Assembly (NCBI GenBank): GCA_964466635.1
Contig: CAYXNG010000001.1
Location: 42,958 to 106,957, forward strand
Source: an uncultured Candidatus Peribacteria bacterium
Lineage (GTDB): Bacteria > Patescibacteriota > Gracilibacteria > Peribacterales > Peribacteraceae
Direction of reading: 5' to 3'
DNA length: 64,000 bases
A program made the translations under genes and the position numbers. Each line of letters begins with the position of its first letter. Position 1 is the stretch's first letter. Below the pieces are notes generated by a model. That model searched no databases and had not been told where the DNA came from. It worked only from the letters and a program-made list of their open reading frames with translations. Of this stretch, positions 17,429 through 26,359 are shown piece by piece.

Positions 17429-20026
17429 TTACGCCACCTCCGCCTCTTCGTTTTCCTCAATTGGCACGGTTTTACCGGGTTTGCCGTGCATCAGGTCCAG
17501 CTTGTCGCCCTTTTTGATCACTTTGATGGTATCCCCTGGGTGGAAGACGCCCTTCAGAATGTGTTCGGCGATTTCATCTTCAATGCGCTCCTGAATGACG
17601 CGACGGACCGGACGAGCTCCGTACTCGGGGTCAAAGCCGACTTCGGCCAGCAGGTTGATTGCCTTCGGTTCCACCTCGATCTCGTATCCCTGCTCTCGCA
17701 GACGGACTTTCAGATGATCGAGATGATGACGGACGATCTTGCGGATGTGCTGCTGGTTGAGGGCGTTGAAGACGATGATGTGATCGATGCGGTTGAGGAA
17801 CTCCGGACGCATGTTGTCCTTCAGTTCAGCAATCACTTCCTGACGCTTCGCCTCGTATTCGCTTTCCTCTTTGGAGGCTTCGTCTTCCAACTTAAATCCG
17901 ATTTTCGCCGCCTGCTTCGTCAGCTTGTCGGCGCCGATGTTGCTGGTCATCACGATAATCGTGTTGCGGAAGTCGACGGTCTTTCCCTGTCCGTCCGTCA
18001 GCGTTCCGTCTTCCAGAATCTGCAGGAGCAGGTTGAAGAATTCGGGGTGCGCCTTCTCGACCTCGTCGAAGAGAACCACGGAGTACGGCTTGCGGCGGAC
18101 CTGTTCCGTCAGCTGGCCGCCCTCCTCGTATCCTACATATCCGGCCGTCGTACCCGTAAGACGGGAGACGTTGTGACGCTCCATGAATTCCGACATGTCG
18201 ATTTTGATCAGCGCGTCCTCGCGGTGGAACACTTCGCGTGCCAGTGTGCGGACGAGCTCCGTCTTACCCACACCGGTCGGACCCAGGAAGAGGAATGATC
18301 CGATGGGGCGCTTCACGTCGCCGATGCCGACGCGGGAGCGACGGATGGCGCGGGCGACTTTGTAAATCGCTTCGTCTTGTCCAATCACGCTTTGGCGGAG
18401 GATTGTCTCCAGCGTTGCCAGGCGTTTTGCTTCAGGCTTGAGGAGCTTGGTTACCGGCACGCCCGTCATGCGGGCGATGACGTTGGCGATGTCATCCGGC
18501 GTAATGGACACCGGCGTGCGCTTGTCTCCGTCGGCAGATTCCATCAGCTCTTCGCGGCGCTCTTTCAGCTCCTGCTGCTCCTGTTTCAACTTGAGCGCCA
18601 GGTGATACTTCTGGTCTTTGACTGCTTCCTGCTGCTTGGCCGACAACTTCTGCAGCTTGTCTTCGATCTCCTGCAGTTCCGGGCTCAGGCGTGCATGCTG
18701 CAGACTCTTGCCTGCGGCAGCTTCGTCGAGCACGTCGATCGCTTTGTCCGGCAGATATCGCTCGGTCAGATAGCGGTCGCTCATCTGGACCGATGCCTCT
18801 AGTGCATCGTCACCGATGGTGACGTGGTGGAACTGCTCGAATGACTGCTTGAGTCCGCGGAGAATCGATACTGCGTCTTCCTTGGAGGGCTCGTCGACCT
18901 GCACCGGCTGGAAACGTCGTTCAAGAGCACGGTCCTTTTCGACCGTGCGGTATTCTTCGAGCGTCGTCGCACCGACAACCTGGAGTGTTGCGCGGCTGAG
19001 GGCCGGCTTCAAGATGTTTGCGGCATCCAGTGATCCTTCCGCCGAGCCCGCGCCGACCACCGTATGGATCTCATCGATGAACAGGATGATCTGGCGGTCG
19101 CTCTGTGCTGCCTCGCGAATGATGTCCTCGAACCGCTGCTCGAATTCACCGCGGTACTTGGTTCCAGCGACGACCGATCCGAGGTTGAGCACCAGCACGC
19201 GCTTTCCTTTGAGGGCATCGGGAACCTGTCCCGTTGCAATGCGCTGGGCGAGCCCCTCGACGATCGCAGTTTTACCGACACCGGGCTCACCGATGAGCAC
19301 GGGGTTGTTCTTCGTCTTGCGATTCAGAATATGGATCATGCGCTCAATCTCGTTGTCGCGTCCGATGATCGGATCGATTTTGCCTTCCTTGGCTTTGGCG
19401 ACCAGATCGTCGGTGAAGTAGTCGAGAGCGGGAGTTTTACTGTTGCCGTCGGCGCGCTTACGCTTAAGGCCTTCCGGTTCACTGGCGTTGCCGCCCTGCT
19501 GCATGCCTGCGATGGTTCCTTGTAGACCCTGGAAGAACGCTTCCAGCGACTGCTCGACGTTGCGATTTTGCTGACGGAACTGACTGATCTGTCCGAACAT
19601 TTCCTCGATGTGCGTTTTCAGGTCTTCCGGTTCCACCTGCATGCTTTCCAGCAGCAGTGTCGCCGCATTCTTGCCGTTGCCGACCAGCGCGTACAGAAGA
19701 TGTTCCGTACCGACGTTGGTGTGGCGGAATTTATGCGCCGTGACAACGGCCTGCTCAATCACCGTGTGAAGGAAGGTCGAGAGTCCGTGCTTCACGTGCT
19801 TGCCTTCGATGTTCCCGCTCTTGCTCGCCTTCAGCAGAATGCGCACGTTTTCGAGCGTGACACCCGCGCCGGTGAAGATGGAGAACGCCAGTGATTTGGG
19901 AATGCTGAGTAGCCCGAGCAGCAGGTGCTCTGTTCCGATGTACGGGCTCTGCATTGCCTTTGCTTCCTGCTCGGCGATCTGCAGAGCAAGCTTGGCGTTG
20001 GGGGTAAAACGGTCGAACGGGTGCAT
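17429..20026 (-). CDS. clpC: ATP-dependent Clp protease ATP-binding subunit ClpC-type (class I AAA+)
   Basis: 865 aa with duplicated Clp_N repeats, two AAA+ modules (GEPGVGKT; GPTGVGKTE) and a short M-domain. The short M-domain favours ClpC over ClpB. Confidence 0.85.
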   Translation of the reverse strand: MHPFDRFTPNAKLALQIAEQEAKAMQSPYIGTEHLLLGLLSIPKSLAFSIFTGAGVTLENVRILLKASKSGNIEGKHVKHGLSTFLHTVIEQAVVTAHKFRHTNVGTEHLLYALVGNGKNAATLLLESMQVEPEDLKTHIEEMFGQISQFRQQNRNVEQSLEAFFQGLQGTIAGMQQGGNASEPEGLKRKRADGNSKTPALDYFTDDLVAKAKEGKIDPIIGRDNEIERMIHILNRKTKNNPVLIGEPGVGKTAIVEGLAQRIATGQVPDALKGKRVLVLNLGSVVAGTKYRGEFEQRFEDIIREAAQSDRQIILFIDEIHTVVGAGSAEGSLDAANILKPALSRATLQVVGATTLEEYRTVEKDRALERRFQPVQVDEPSKEDAVSILRGLKQSFEQFHHVTIGDDALEASVQMSDRYLTERYLPDKAIDVLDEAAAGKSLQHARLSPELQEIEDKLQKLSAKQQEAVKDQKYHLALKLKQEQQELKERREELMESADGDKRTPVSITPDDIANVIARMTGVPVTKLLKPEAKRLATLETILRQSVIGQDEAIYKVARAIRRSRVGIGDVKRPIGSFLFLGPTGVGKTELVRTLAREVFHREDALIKIDMSEFMERHNVSRLTGTTAGYVGYEEGGQLTEQVRRKPYSVVLFDEVEKAHPEFFNLLLQILEDGTLTDGQGKTVDFRNTIIVMTSNIGADKLTKQAAKIGFKLEDEASKEESEYEAKRQEVIAELKDNMRPEFLNRIDHIIVFNALNQQHIRKIVRHHLDHLKVRLREQGYEIEVEPKAINLLAEVGFDPEYGARPVRRVIQERIEDEIAEHILKGVFHPGDTIKVIKKGDKLDLMHGKPGKTVPIEENEEAEVA

Positions 20027-20050
20027 ACCTGAGAGGTAGAAGGGGATGAA

Positions 20051-20077
20051 TTGTCACTCAAACTGAGTGAGTGCTAA
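20051..20077. promoter_or_regulatory. CIRCE-like HrcA operator upstream of clpC
   Basis: TTGTCACTC-N9-GAGTGCTAA compared with the consensus TTAGCACTC-N9-GAGTGCTAA gives 7/9 plus 9/9 matches with exact 9-nt spacing. It lies 25-51 nt upstream of the clpC ATG, downstream of a TGaTATAGT extended -10 (minus strand, ~20098-20106). Confidence 0.6.
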
Positions 20078-20231
20078 ACCATGACTGGTTCTGGAAACTA
20101 TATCACGTATCGGGACGTCCCGGGAAGTATGCGGCAAGAAAAAACGTGGTGAAATTGGCAGGAGTACAAAAAACTGTACATCGCGTGCCGTCCAGCGATG
20201 AGAGAAAGGAGCAGAGGGATGAGACAAACGC

Positions 20232-21527
20232 TTATGACACCTTTTTGACGATGCGGAGGTCGTCCAGGAAAATCGCGATGATTGTCGTCATCGGAACGGC
20301 AAGCAACACGCCGAGAATCGGATGGACGATGCTGGGGAAGCTGAGTCCCATGAGCATTGCGCAGAGTACCGCGATGGGTGACAGGCCGACCGCGCGCTTC
20401 ATGATGAGGGGGACGAGCAAGTTGTTCTCGCAGAGCTGTATCACGTAGTAGATGCCGGCGACGATCAATGCCCAGATGAAGCCTCCGTCGGTAAAGCCGA
20501 TCAGAATGGCGGGGATCGCCGCGATGAAGGGCCCGATGTAGGGAATAAATTCGGTGAAGCCCGCCAGAATCGCCAGCGTCGCCGCGTACGGTACGCGCAG
20601 AATGGTCAGTGCAACAAAGACAAGGCTGCCGACGGCAAGGCCGAGTAGCAACTGACCGCGCGCCCACTGGCCGATTTTCAGGTGGATCGCCTCGGTCTTC
20701 ACGTCGATCAACGCGCGGTACTTGGCAGTGAAGAAACTGCGGACCCAGAGGCGAATGCCCTCCTTTTCCATTTGAATGAAGAAGGCGAACACCAGCACCA
20801 GTACGAACTTCACGAAAAACTCGCCCACCGATCCTGCGATGCGCGTCAGGGCGACAACCGATCCCTGTGCGACGGAGGACATGTTCTGGCCGACGATCTG
20901 CAGCGCGTCCGTGAACTTTGTGATCGACATGCTTTCCAGTGTCGAACGCACGAATTCGGTCAGACGCAGGTTTACGTCATCGGTTAACAACGGCAGACGG
21001 ATCCGCGGATCTTGCAGGAACGCGTTGATGCTGTCGTTGACCAGGAACACGATCTGCTGGATTTGGGCGGCAACGACGGGAATAAGGGAAATCAGAAGGA
21101 ATGCGAGAATGAACAGCGCGGCCAGATAGAGAAGGAGAATCGCGATGCCACGCGGAAAGCCCATGCGCTCCAACCAGCGGACGCCGGGGTCGGTCACCGC
21201 TGCCAGGAAGAAGCCGAGTAGCAGCAGGATGATCGTATCGCGCAGAATGACCGTGACAGCTGCCGCTGCGCAGACCAACATCACGATGACCGTCGCATGG
21301 GCAATATTCATCAGCGAGAAGCGCACGTTCAGTTCCGGCTCAGCTGTTGCCGGTGCGGTTTCGGTCAGCTGTGCCGAGCTCTGCTGCTTGCGCAGTTCAG
21401 CCGCTTTCTGCAGCAGATTCTGCGCTTTCTTGCCGATGATGCGCAGCGAGGTGAAGTTATCGGCCGGCTTTTTCTTCTTGGGAGTGGGCATGGGGTTACG
21501 GAGTGATAACGGAAACAGCGAGATCAA
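20232..21527 (-). CDS. AI-2E family transporter (PerM/UPF0118)
   Basis: 431 aa polytopic protein with the conserved FIPYIGPFIAAIPAILIGF segment. Confidence 0.8.
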   Translation of the reverse strand: MISLFPLSLRNPMPTPKKKKPADNFTSLRIIGKKAQNLLQKAAELRKQQSSAQLTETAPATAEPELNVRFSLMNIAHATVIVMLVCAAAAVTVILRDTIILLLLGFFLAAVTDPGVRWLERMGFPRGIAILLLYLAALFILAFLLISLIPVVAAQIQQIVFLVNDSINAFLQDPRIRLPLLTDDVNLRLTEFVRSTLESMSITKFTDALQIVGQNMSSVAQGSVVALTRIAGSVGEFFVKFVLVLVFAFFIQMEKEGIRLWVRSFFTAKYRALIDVKTEAIHLKIGQWARGQLLLGLAVGSLVFVALTILRVPYAATLAILAGFTEFIPYIGPFIAAIPAILIGFTDGGFIWALIVAGIYYVIQLCENNLLVPLIMKRAVGLSPIAVLCAMLMGLSFPSIVHPILGVLLAVPMTTIIAIFLDDLRIVKKVS

Positions 21528-21849
21528 GAATCAAGTAGGAACAGACGGCTACCACCAGACCGATGATCGACCAGGTCAGGCGGTCTTTGCCTTCGGACTT
21601 TTCACCCGTCCATGATCCCATGGCGATCTGATACCCGGCATAGATCACGTTCAGAAGAAAGAAGGCACTGATCAGGCTGAAAACGAGGGTAATCAAATGA
21701 CCGACAAATATCGGGACGCAGGCGGCCGTGAGTTTTCCCGTAACGAAATCGCAGCCCGGCAGATTGGTAATAACCGCAGGGTTCTGCGCGGCTGCCGATC
21801 CGGGGGCGAACAGAGACAATGCCAAGAATGAGTACCGGAGAACCATCAT
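21496..21849 (-). CDS. T4SS pilin-like protein (TrbC/VirB2 family)
   Basis: Signal peptide (LALSLFAPGSAAAQ) plus two TM helices joined by YAGYQIAMGSWTGEKSEGKDRLTW. This loop is paralogous to the three pilin-like genes at 32560-33973. The start is trimmed to the ATG at 21849. Confidence 0.55.
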   Translation of the reverse strand: MMVLRYSFLALSLFAPGSAAAQNPAVITNLPGCDFVTGKLTAACVPIFVGHLITLVFSLISAFFLLNVIYAGYQIAMGSWTGEKSEGKDRLTWSIIGLVVAVCSYLILDLAVSVITP

Positions 21850-21947
21850 CCGTATTCTGGCAGGAGATGTATGGTTTTGCGCTCGCGTAAGCGTATAATT
21901 GTTATATTGTTCCATTGTTCCACTGCGAAGCAGTTGCAGTTTGGTAA

Positions 21948-21970
21948 ACAATTTAGCAATTTAGCAATTT
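21948..21970. repeat. AT-rich 8-nt tandem repeat (aatttagc)x3
   Basis: Sequence acaatttagcaatttagcaattt, immediately upstream of the dus start. Confidence 0.7.
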
Positions 21971-21974
21971 CGGT

Positions 21975-23003
21975 ATGGCTTTTTCTTGGACCACAACGCC
22001 GCGCCCCATCATCGCGCTCGCCCCCATGGCGGGCGTAACCGATGCGTCTTATCGCCAGCTGATCAAGCGTGTGGAGCCGCGGACTATCGTCTACACCGAA
22101 TTTTTGAGTACCGATGCCCTCGCATTCAAAGGAAAGAAGACAATGCAGATGATGGCGTTTGACGCGAGTGTCGAGCGACCGTTCATCGTGCAGGTGTTCG
22201 GACATGATCCGGAACATTTTCTGGAGGCTGCCAAAATCATCGAACAGTGCGGAGTCGACGGGATCGATATCAACATGGGCTGTCCCGCTGCAAAGGTGGT
22301 TTCCAGCTGTCATGGGGCTGCACTCATTCGCAAACCGGAGCTTGCCGCGGAGCTTGTTTACGCGACAAAAAAAGCAGTGCAGATTCCCGTCAGCGTGAAG
22401 ACGCGTCTTGGCTGGGAAACATCGGATACGCTGATTCCTTTTTGTCAGGCACTGGAAGCTGCGGGGGCAGAAGCATTCGCGATCCATGGCCGAACCTATC
22501 ACGAGAAATTCACCGGCAAAGCGAACTGGGAACCGATCTACGAATTGAAGAAACATGTGAAGGTCCCGGTGATTGGCAATGGTGATATCGGCTGTGCGCA
22601 GGACGCGCTCGATAAAATCGGGAATCTGGACGGGGTGATGGTCGGTCGCGGCACCTTTGGTAACCCGTGGGTGATGAAAGATGTGGCGGACGCATTGGCC
22701 GCTAGCCACCAGCCGCTAGCCACTAGCCATGAAACAAATCTAGAAGCCAGAAGCCAGAAGCCAGAGGCTCCTTCGATCTATGTTCCGACTGTGCACAAAC
22801 TGACCTTTGAGGAAAAAATCCCTTTCATCCTCGAGCATTGCGAATTGGCCGTTCGTACTAAAGGAGAGAAGAGGGGAATGCTGGAAATGCGACGGCACTT
22901 AGCAAGCTACGTCAAAGGGTTTGATGGCGCATCGGAGTTGCGGCAGAAGCTTGTGAGAGTGGAGACGATTACTGAGGTTGCGGAGATTCTGCAGGCTGCT
23001 TAA
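21975..23003 (+). CDS. dus: tRNA-dihydrouridine synthase
   Basis: The motifs LAPMAGVTDASYR ... INMGCPA ... GRGTFGNPW are present. The gene contains the in-frame repeat cassette at 22701-22769. Confidence 0.85.
   Translation: MAFSWTTTPRPIIALAPMAGVTDASYRQLIKRVEPRTIVYTEFLSTDALAFKGKKTMQMMAFDASVERPFIVQVFGHDPEHFLEAAKIIEQCGVDGIDINMGCPAAKVVSSCHGAALIRKPELAAELVYATKKAVQIPVSVKTRLGWETSDTLIPFCQALEAAGAEAFAIHGRTYHEKFTGKANWEPIYELKKHVKVPVIGNGDIGCAQDALDKIGNLDGVMVGRGTFGNPWVMKDVADALAASHQPLATSHETNLEARSQKPEAPSIYVPTVHKLTFEEKIPFILEHCELAVRTKGEKRGMLEMRRHLASYVKGFDGASELRQKLVRVETITEVAEILQAA
22701..22769 (+). repeat. in-frame bipartite heptamer-repeat cassette inside dus
   Basis: Array gctagcc accagcc gctagcc actagcc, a spacer, then agaagcc agaagcc agaagcc agaggct. 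It encodes SHQPLATSHETNLEARSQKPEA. Confidence 0.8.
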
Positions 23004-23286
23004 ACGCGTCCGATTTTTCAAGGACCCGTCTGTATACTGTGCGGAAATACGATTGTAATGCACCTCGGAGAAACGGCATGCGAAAGCACTCGGGATAATT
23101 TTCCGGCATGGGAACTCTTGCGAGGGGATTATGCTCAGCTATGGAATCATGGAGCGTGTGCACATCTCTGTCAGTCAATCCATCCATCGACGTATATCGA
23201 TCAACCATCGCTTCAAATTGCGGAGAAGTGTTCATAGCATCATTCACACTACCCTTCCTTTGTGATCTGTCAATTATACTAGGCAT
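22969..23286 (-). CDS. hypothetical protein
   Basis: 105 aa ORF in an AT-richer patch. Its 3' end overlaps the dus 3' end convergently by 35 nt. Confidence 0.35.
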   Translation of the reverse strand: MPSIIDRSQRKGSVNDAMNTSPQFEAMVDRYTSMDGLTDRDVHTLHDSIAEHNPLARVPMPENYPECFRMPFLRGALQSYFRTVYRRVLEKSDAFKQPAESPQPQ

Positions 23287-23305
23287 TTCGCGCTGAAACG
23301 CCTAT

Positions 23306-23506
23306 TTAGTTCAAATGAAGCACTCCTCTGATAGGAATATCGAATGTCTTCGCGAGTCCGACCAATGCCTTGCATCGGGCATTTGTATTACACGCAACAG
23401 CGCTGATAATTGCATCGTGGATCGGCAAAAAATCGGGATGGCGCACTATTTCGTCCTCTAGTTCATCAAGATCCGGCCAGGTGGATGCTGGAATGTTTTG
23501 TACCAT
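23306..23506 (-). CDS. hypothetical small protein
   Basis: 66 aa ORF, 20 nt upstream of the 105-aa ORF on the same strand. Confidence 0.3.
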   Translation of the reverse strand: MVQNIPASTWPDLDELEDEIVRHPDFLPIHDAIISAVACNTNARCKALVGLAKTFDIPIRGVLHLN

Positions 23507-23588
23507 AGTCGATCACGCTACTCTTGCATGCCGAGACGTCAACAAAAAACGGGCCCGAAGGCCCGTTCGTATAGTGATATCTGTAGGA

Positions 23589-24296
23589 TTATCGAACGAC
23601 TTTCACGCCCGGTCCCATGGTCGGGGCGACGAAGATCGAGTTGATGTAAATGCCTTTGATGCCCGTCGGCTTGGCCTCGTCGATGCCCGCAAGCAGAGCG
23701 TTGAGGTTCTCCTCCAGCTTCTTGCCGCCGAAGGAGATCTTTCCGAACGGAACGTGGATGATGCCGAACTTGTCCATTTTACATTCGACACGGCCCTTCA
23801 TCAGTTCGCCGATGGTCTTCGCGACGTTTTCCGTCACGGTACCAGCCTTGGGGTTTGGCATCAGTCCTTTCTGTCCGAGCGTCTTTGCGATTTTACCGAG
23901 GTTCTTCATCATGGCGGGAACGGCAACTGCAATGTCGAAATCGATGTTGCCTTCTTCAATCGACTTCACGAGGTCGTCGTTACCGGCAATCACGGCGCCT
24001 GCCTTCTTCGCATCAGCGACCATGTCGTCTGGGACGAAGGCTGCGATGCGGACGGTCTTACCCGTGCCGTGCGGCAAGTTTACGGTTGTACGGACCAGCT
24101 GGTCTGCCTGCGTCGTGTCGGCATTGATGCGGATGTGCGCCTCGGCCGTTGCGTCGAACGTTGACGTGCTCAGCTGAGGAAGAAGCTCGCATGCTTCGCT
24201 TGCTGAATACTCGCTCTTCTGAACGAGGGCCATTTTCTGGCGGTACTTTTTACCGCGGTTTGCGGGTCCTGCTGTCTTCTTGCTTGCGCGAGACAT
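23589..24296 (-). CDS. rplA: 50S ribosomal protein L1
   Basis: The segment VRTTVNLPHGTGKTVRIAAF...KAGTVT is the classical L1 pattern. The start is trimmed to the ATG at 24296, because the upstream in-frame stretch is a translated REP element. Confidence 0.9.
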   Translation of the reverse strand: MSRASKKTAGPANRGKKYRQKMALVQKSEYSASEACELLPQLSTSTFDATAEAHIRINADTTQADQLVRTTVNLPHGTGKTVRIAAFVPDDMVADAKKAGAVIAGNDDLVKSIEEGNIDFDIAVAVPAMMKNLGKIAKTLGQKGLMPNPKAGTVTENVAKTIGELMKGRVECKMDKFGIIHVPFGKISFGGKKLEENLNALLAGIDEAKPTGIKGIYINSIFVAPTMGPGVKVVR

Positions 24297-24323
24297 GATA
24301 GGTGGGGGTATGTGGTTCAAGCG

Positions 24324-24353
24324 CCCTGACCCTTCGGCTACGCTCAGGGTGAC
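24324..24353. repeat. REP-like palindromic element copy
   Basis: Sequence ccctgacccttcggctacgctcagggtgac, in the rplA 5' leader. Confidence 0.55.
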
Positions 24354-24428
24354 AATAAGGGCTCCCACAAGTAAAGTACGGGGATTTTGCCTTACGTAAA
24401 CCGCTTCTGCAAGCGTAAAAAACTGCTT

Positions 24429-25061
24429 TTAGCCCTTCTTTCCGATAGCTTTGGCCTTTGTTGGCTTCTTTGCGACCATTACCGGTCGTGGGGCTGGAAC
24501 AGGACGAACAGGGGTGGCCGGCGGGTCGCGGTGCAGTGTGAAGATGCAGAGAACCAGACCGTACAGCAGCATCGTCAGGTGCATCACACGCCATTCATGG
24601 GCATTCTGCATATCCATCATGTAGCGCAGTGCCAACGACAGACCGGTGAAGAGGATGATCAACAAACCTGTCAGTTTCCAGATGTGGAAGAAAATCGCGT
24701 CGGCAACGGCGCGAGTCGCACGGTCGATGGCACGCAGGGATGTGTCGTGAATCAGGTAGGTGAGTCCGCCGATACAGAAGACCAGCAACAATCCGAGGTA
24801 CGTCATCTGATCGAGCGGCTGCGGAGCAAATACCGCGTAGATAGCGGGGAGCGCGCCGGCGGTCATCAATAAAATGCCGAGTGTTTGTGCGAGGTGGCAG
24901 TAAATGACGCGGACCTGCAGATGCGGTCGGGCATTATCGCGTGCCGTGGCGATGAAGAGCAGGGCGATACCGACAAGAACAAGAACGGGCATTGTCCAAC
25001 CGTAGACAAGACCGACTGTCTGGAACATGGAGCTGAGAGACACGGGTGAGTTCATGGGCAA
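24429..25061 (-). CDS. hypothetical polytopic membrane protein
   Basis: 210 aa with about 6 TM helices and a basic C-terminal tail. It is inserted between rplK and rplA. Confidence 0.5.
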   Translation of the reverse strand: MPMNSPVSLSSMFQTVGLVYGWTMPVLVLVGIALLFIATARDNARPHLQVRVIYCHLAQTLGILLMTAGALPAIYAVFAPQPLDQMTYLGLLLVFCIGGLTYLIHDTSLRAIDRATRAVADAIFFHIWKLTGLLIILFTGLSLALRYMMDMQNAHEWRVMHLTMLLYGLVLCIFTLHRDPPATPVRPVPAPRPVMVAKKPTKAKAIGKKG

Positions 25062-25154
25062 TGTGAAAAAGGTAGGACAAGCCTACGGAAAACTTGATTC
25101 GTTTGCACGATAAAGGGATTGCTCGCACTCGCTCTTCATTCTCCATTCTTAGTT

Positions 25155-25577
25155 TTACTCAACCGTCACACCCATGCTGCGTGCCGTGCCAGCGAGCGAG
25201 TTCATCGCTGCTTCGATGCTTGCGGCGTTGAGGTCGGGCATCTTGATCTCGGCGATCTCCTTGAGCTGAGCCTTGGTGATCTTGCCGACCTTCTTCTTGT
25301 TCGGCTCACCGGAACCACCCTGAATTTTAGCGGCGGTCTTGATGAGTTCAGATGCTGGCGGCTGCTTGGTCACGAAGTCGAAGCTGCGATCCTCGTACAC
25401 GGTAATCTGGACCGGGATCAGCTGCCCCATCTTGTCCTTCGTTGCCGCATTGAACTGCGTGCAGAACCCCTGGATATCAACTCCAGCTTGTCCGAGCGCA
25501 GGTCCGAGCGGTGGTGCAGGGTTTGCCTGCCCGCCCCGTGCAACGACTTTGATGACTTTCTTGACCTTTTTCGCCAT
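25155..25577 (-). CDS. rplK: 50S ribosomal protein L11
   Basis: The segment [29 protein letters not shown] is the L11 signature. Confidence 0.9.
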   Translation of the reverse strand: MAKKVKKVIKVVARGGQANPAPPLGPALGQAGVDIQGFCTQFNAATKDKMGQLIPVQITVYEDRSFDFVTKQPPASELIKTAAKIQGGSGEPNKKKVGKITKAQLKEIAEIKMPDLNAASIEAAMNSLAGTARSMGVTVE

Positions 25578-25637
25578 AGTGCCGCGTAGGGTAGGGACGA
25601 AGCGTGTGGATGTAAAGAGAAAACGGGCGAACGATTG

Positions 25638-25678
25638 TTAAATTGCTAAATTGCTAACAATATAACAATATAACAATT
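25638..25678. repeat. AT-rich 8-nt tandem repeats, (aaattgct)x2 + (aacaatat)x3
   Basis: Sequence ttaaattgctaaattgctaacaatataacaatataacaatt, upstream of rplK. Confidence 0.7.
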
Positions 25679-26240
25679 ATTTTGTGGTCAGCTCATTAAT
25701 CAGCGTGTTCATGATTTCTTCGGATCCTGATGCGATATGAAATTCTAATAGTCGCTCGCGGACACGGACAAAGACCAGGTGCTCTTCGCTGAGGGCAGGA
25801 TCTTTAAAGCTCAGCATGTTGCGCACGGGCTTTCCCGGCTCCTGTTCCGTGATATCTTTCAGATCGGTCAGATCTGCGGAGAACGAGCCCAGAAGACCGT
25901 CTTTGAGGCTGAGGAAGTGGGTTTTTACATCCGGTGAGTCGATCCACGCGATCGCTCCTGCGCGGTCGCCATCCTTGAGAACGGCAATTGCTTCGGTGTC
26001 ATCGGCAATCTGGCTCAAAAAGGTCGCCTCGTTGGTATTCGTTGCTTCCAACTCCATAGCGTTGACCATTTGGCGAATATCCGCCGCCTGTGCCTTAGCG
26101 ACACCGGTTACGTCGGTGTTGCCGCCGATCGAACCCAAAAAACTCCCCTCTGTGGCCAGATAATCGGCTGTTGCGAGGCCGCCGAGGACAAGAACCAGGG
26201 CTGCTGCCGTCAGGCCTTTCGTGCGGGAGGAAAGCGTCAT
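25677..26240 (-). CDS. hypothetical membrane-anchored/secreted protein
   Basis: 187 aa with an N-terminal TM/signal segment (AAALVLVLGGLA). No family recognised. Confidence 0.45.
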   Translation of the reverse strand: MTLSSRTKGLTAAALVLVLGGLATADYLATEGSFLGSIGGNTDVTGVAKAQAADIRQMVNAMELEATNTNEATFLSQIADDTEAIAVLKDGDRAGAIAWIDSPDVKTHFLSLKDGLLGSFSADLTDLKDITEQEPGKPVRNMLSFKDPALSEEHLVFVRVRERLLEFHIASGSEEIMNTLINELTTK

Positions 26241-26359
26241 AGCGGGGTATATGGTAGACGTAAGAGGCGATAAGGCAAATGGATGTATATTAAATACTAT
26301 AATACTAAATTAGTCAATATATCCTCGCCCTCAGAAAGGGGTCTGCTACACTCCTATCC

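Noticed and set aside
21846-22709. 287-aa minus-strand ORF
   Set aside because: It is antisense to the dus gene, whose Dus motifs are unambiguous. The composition is Arg/His/Cys-rich, typical of a GC-frame shadow.
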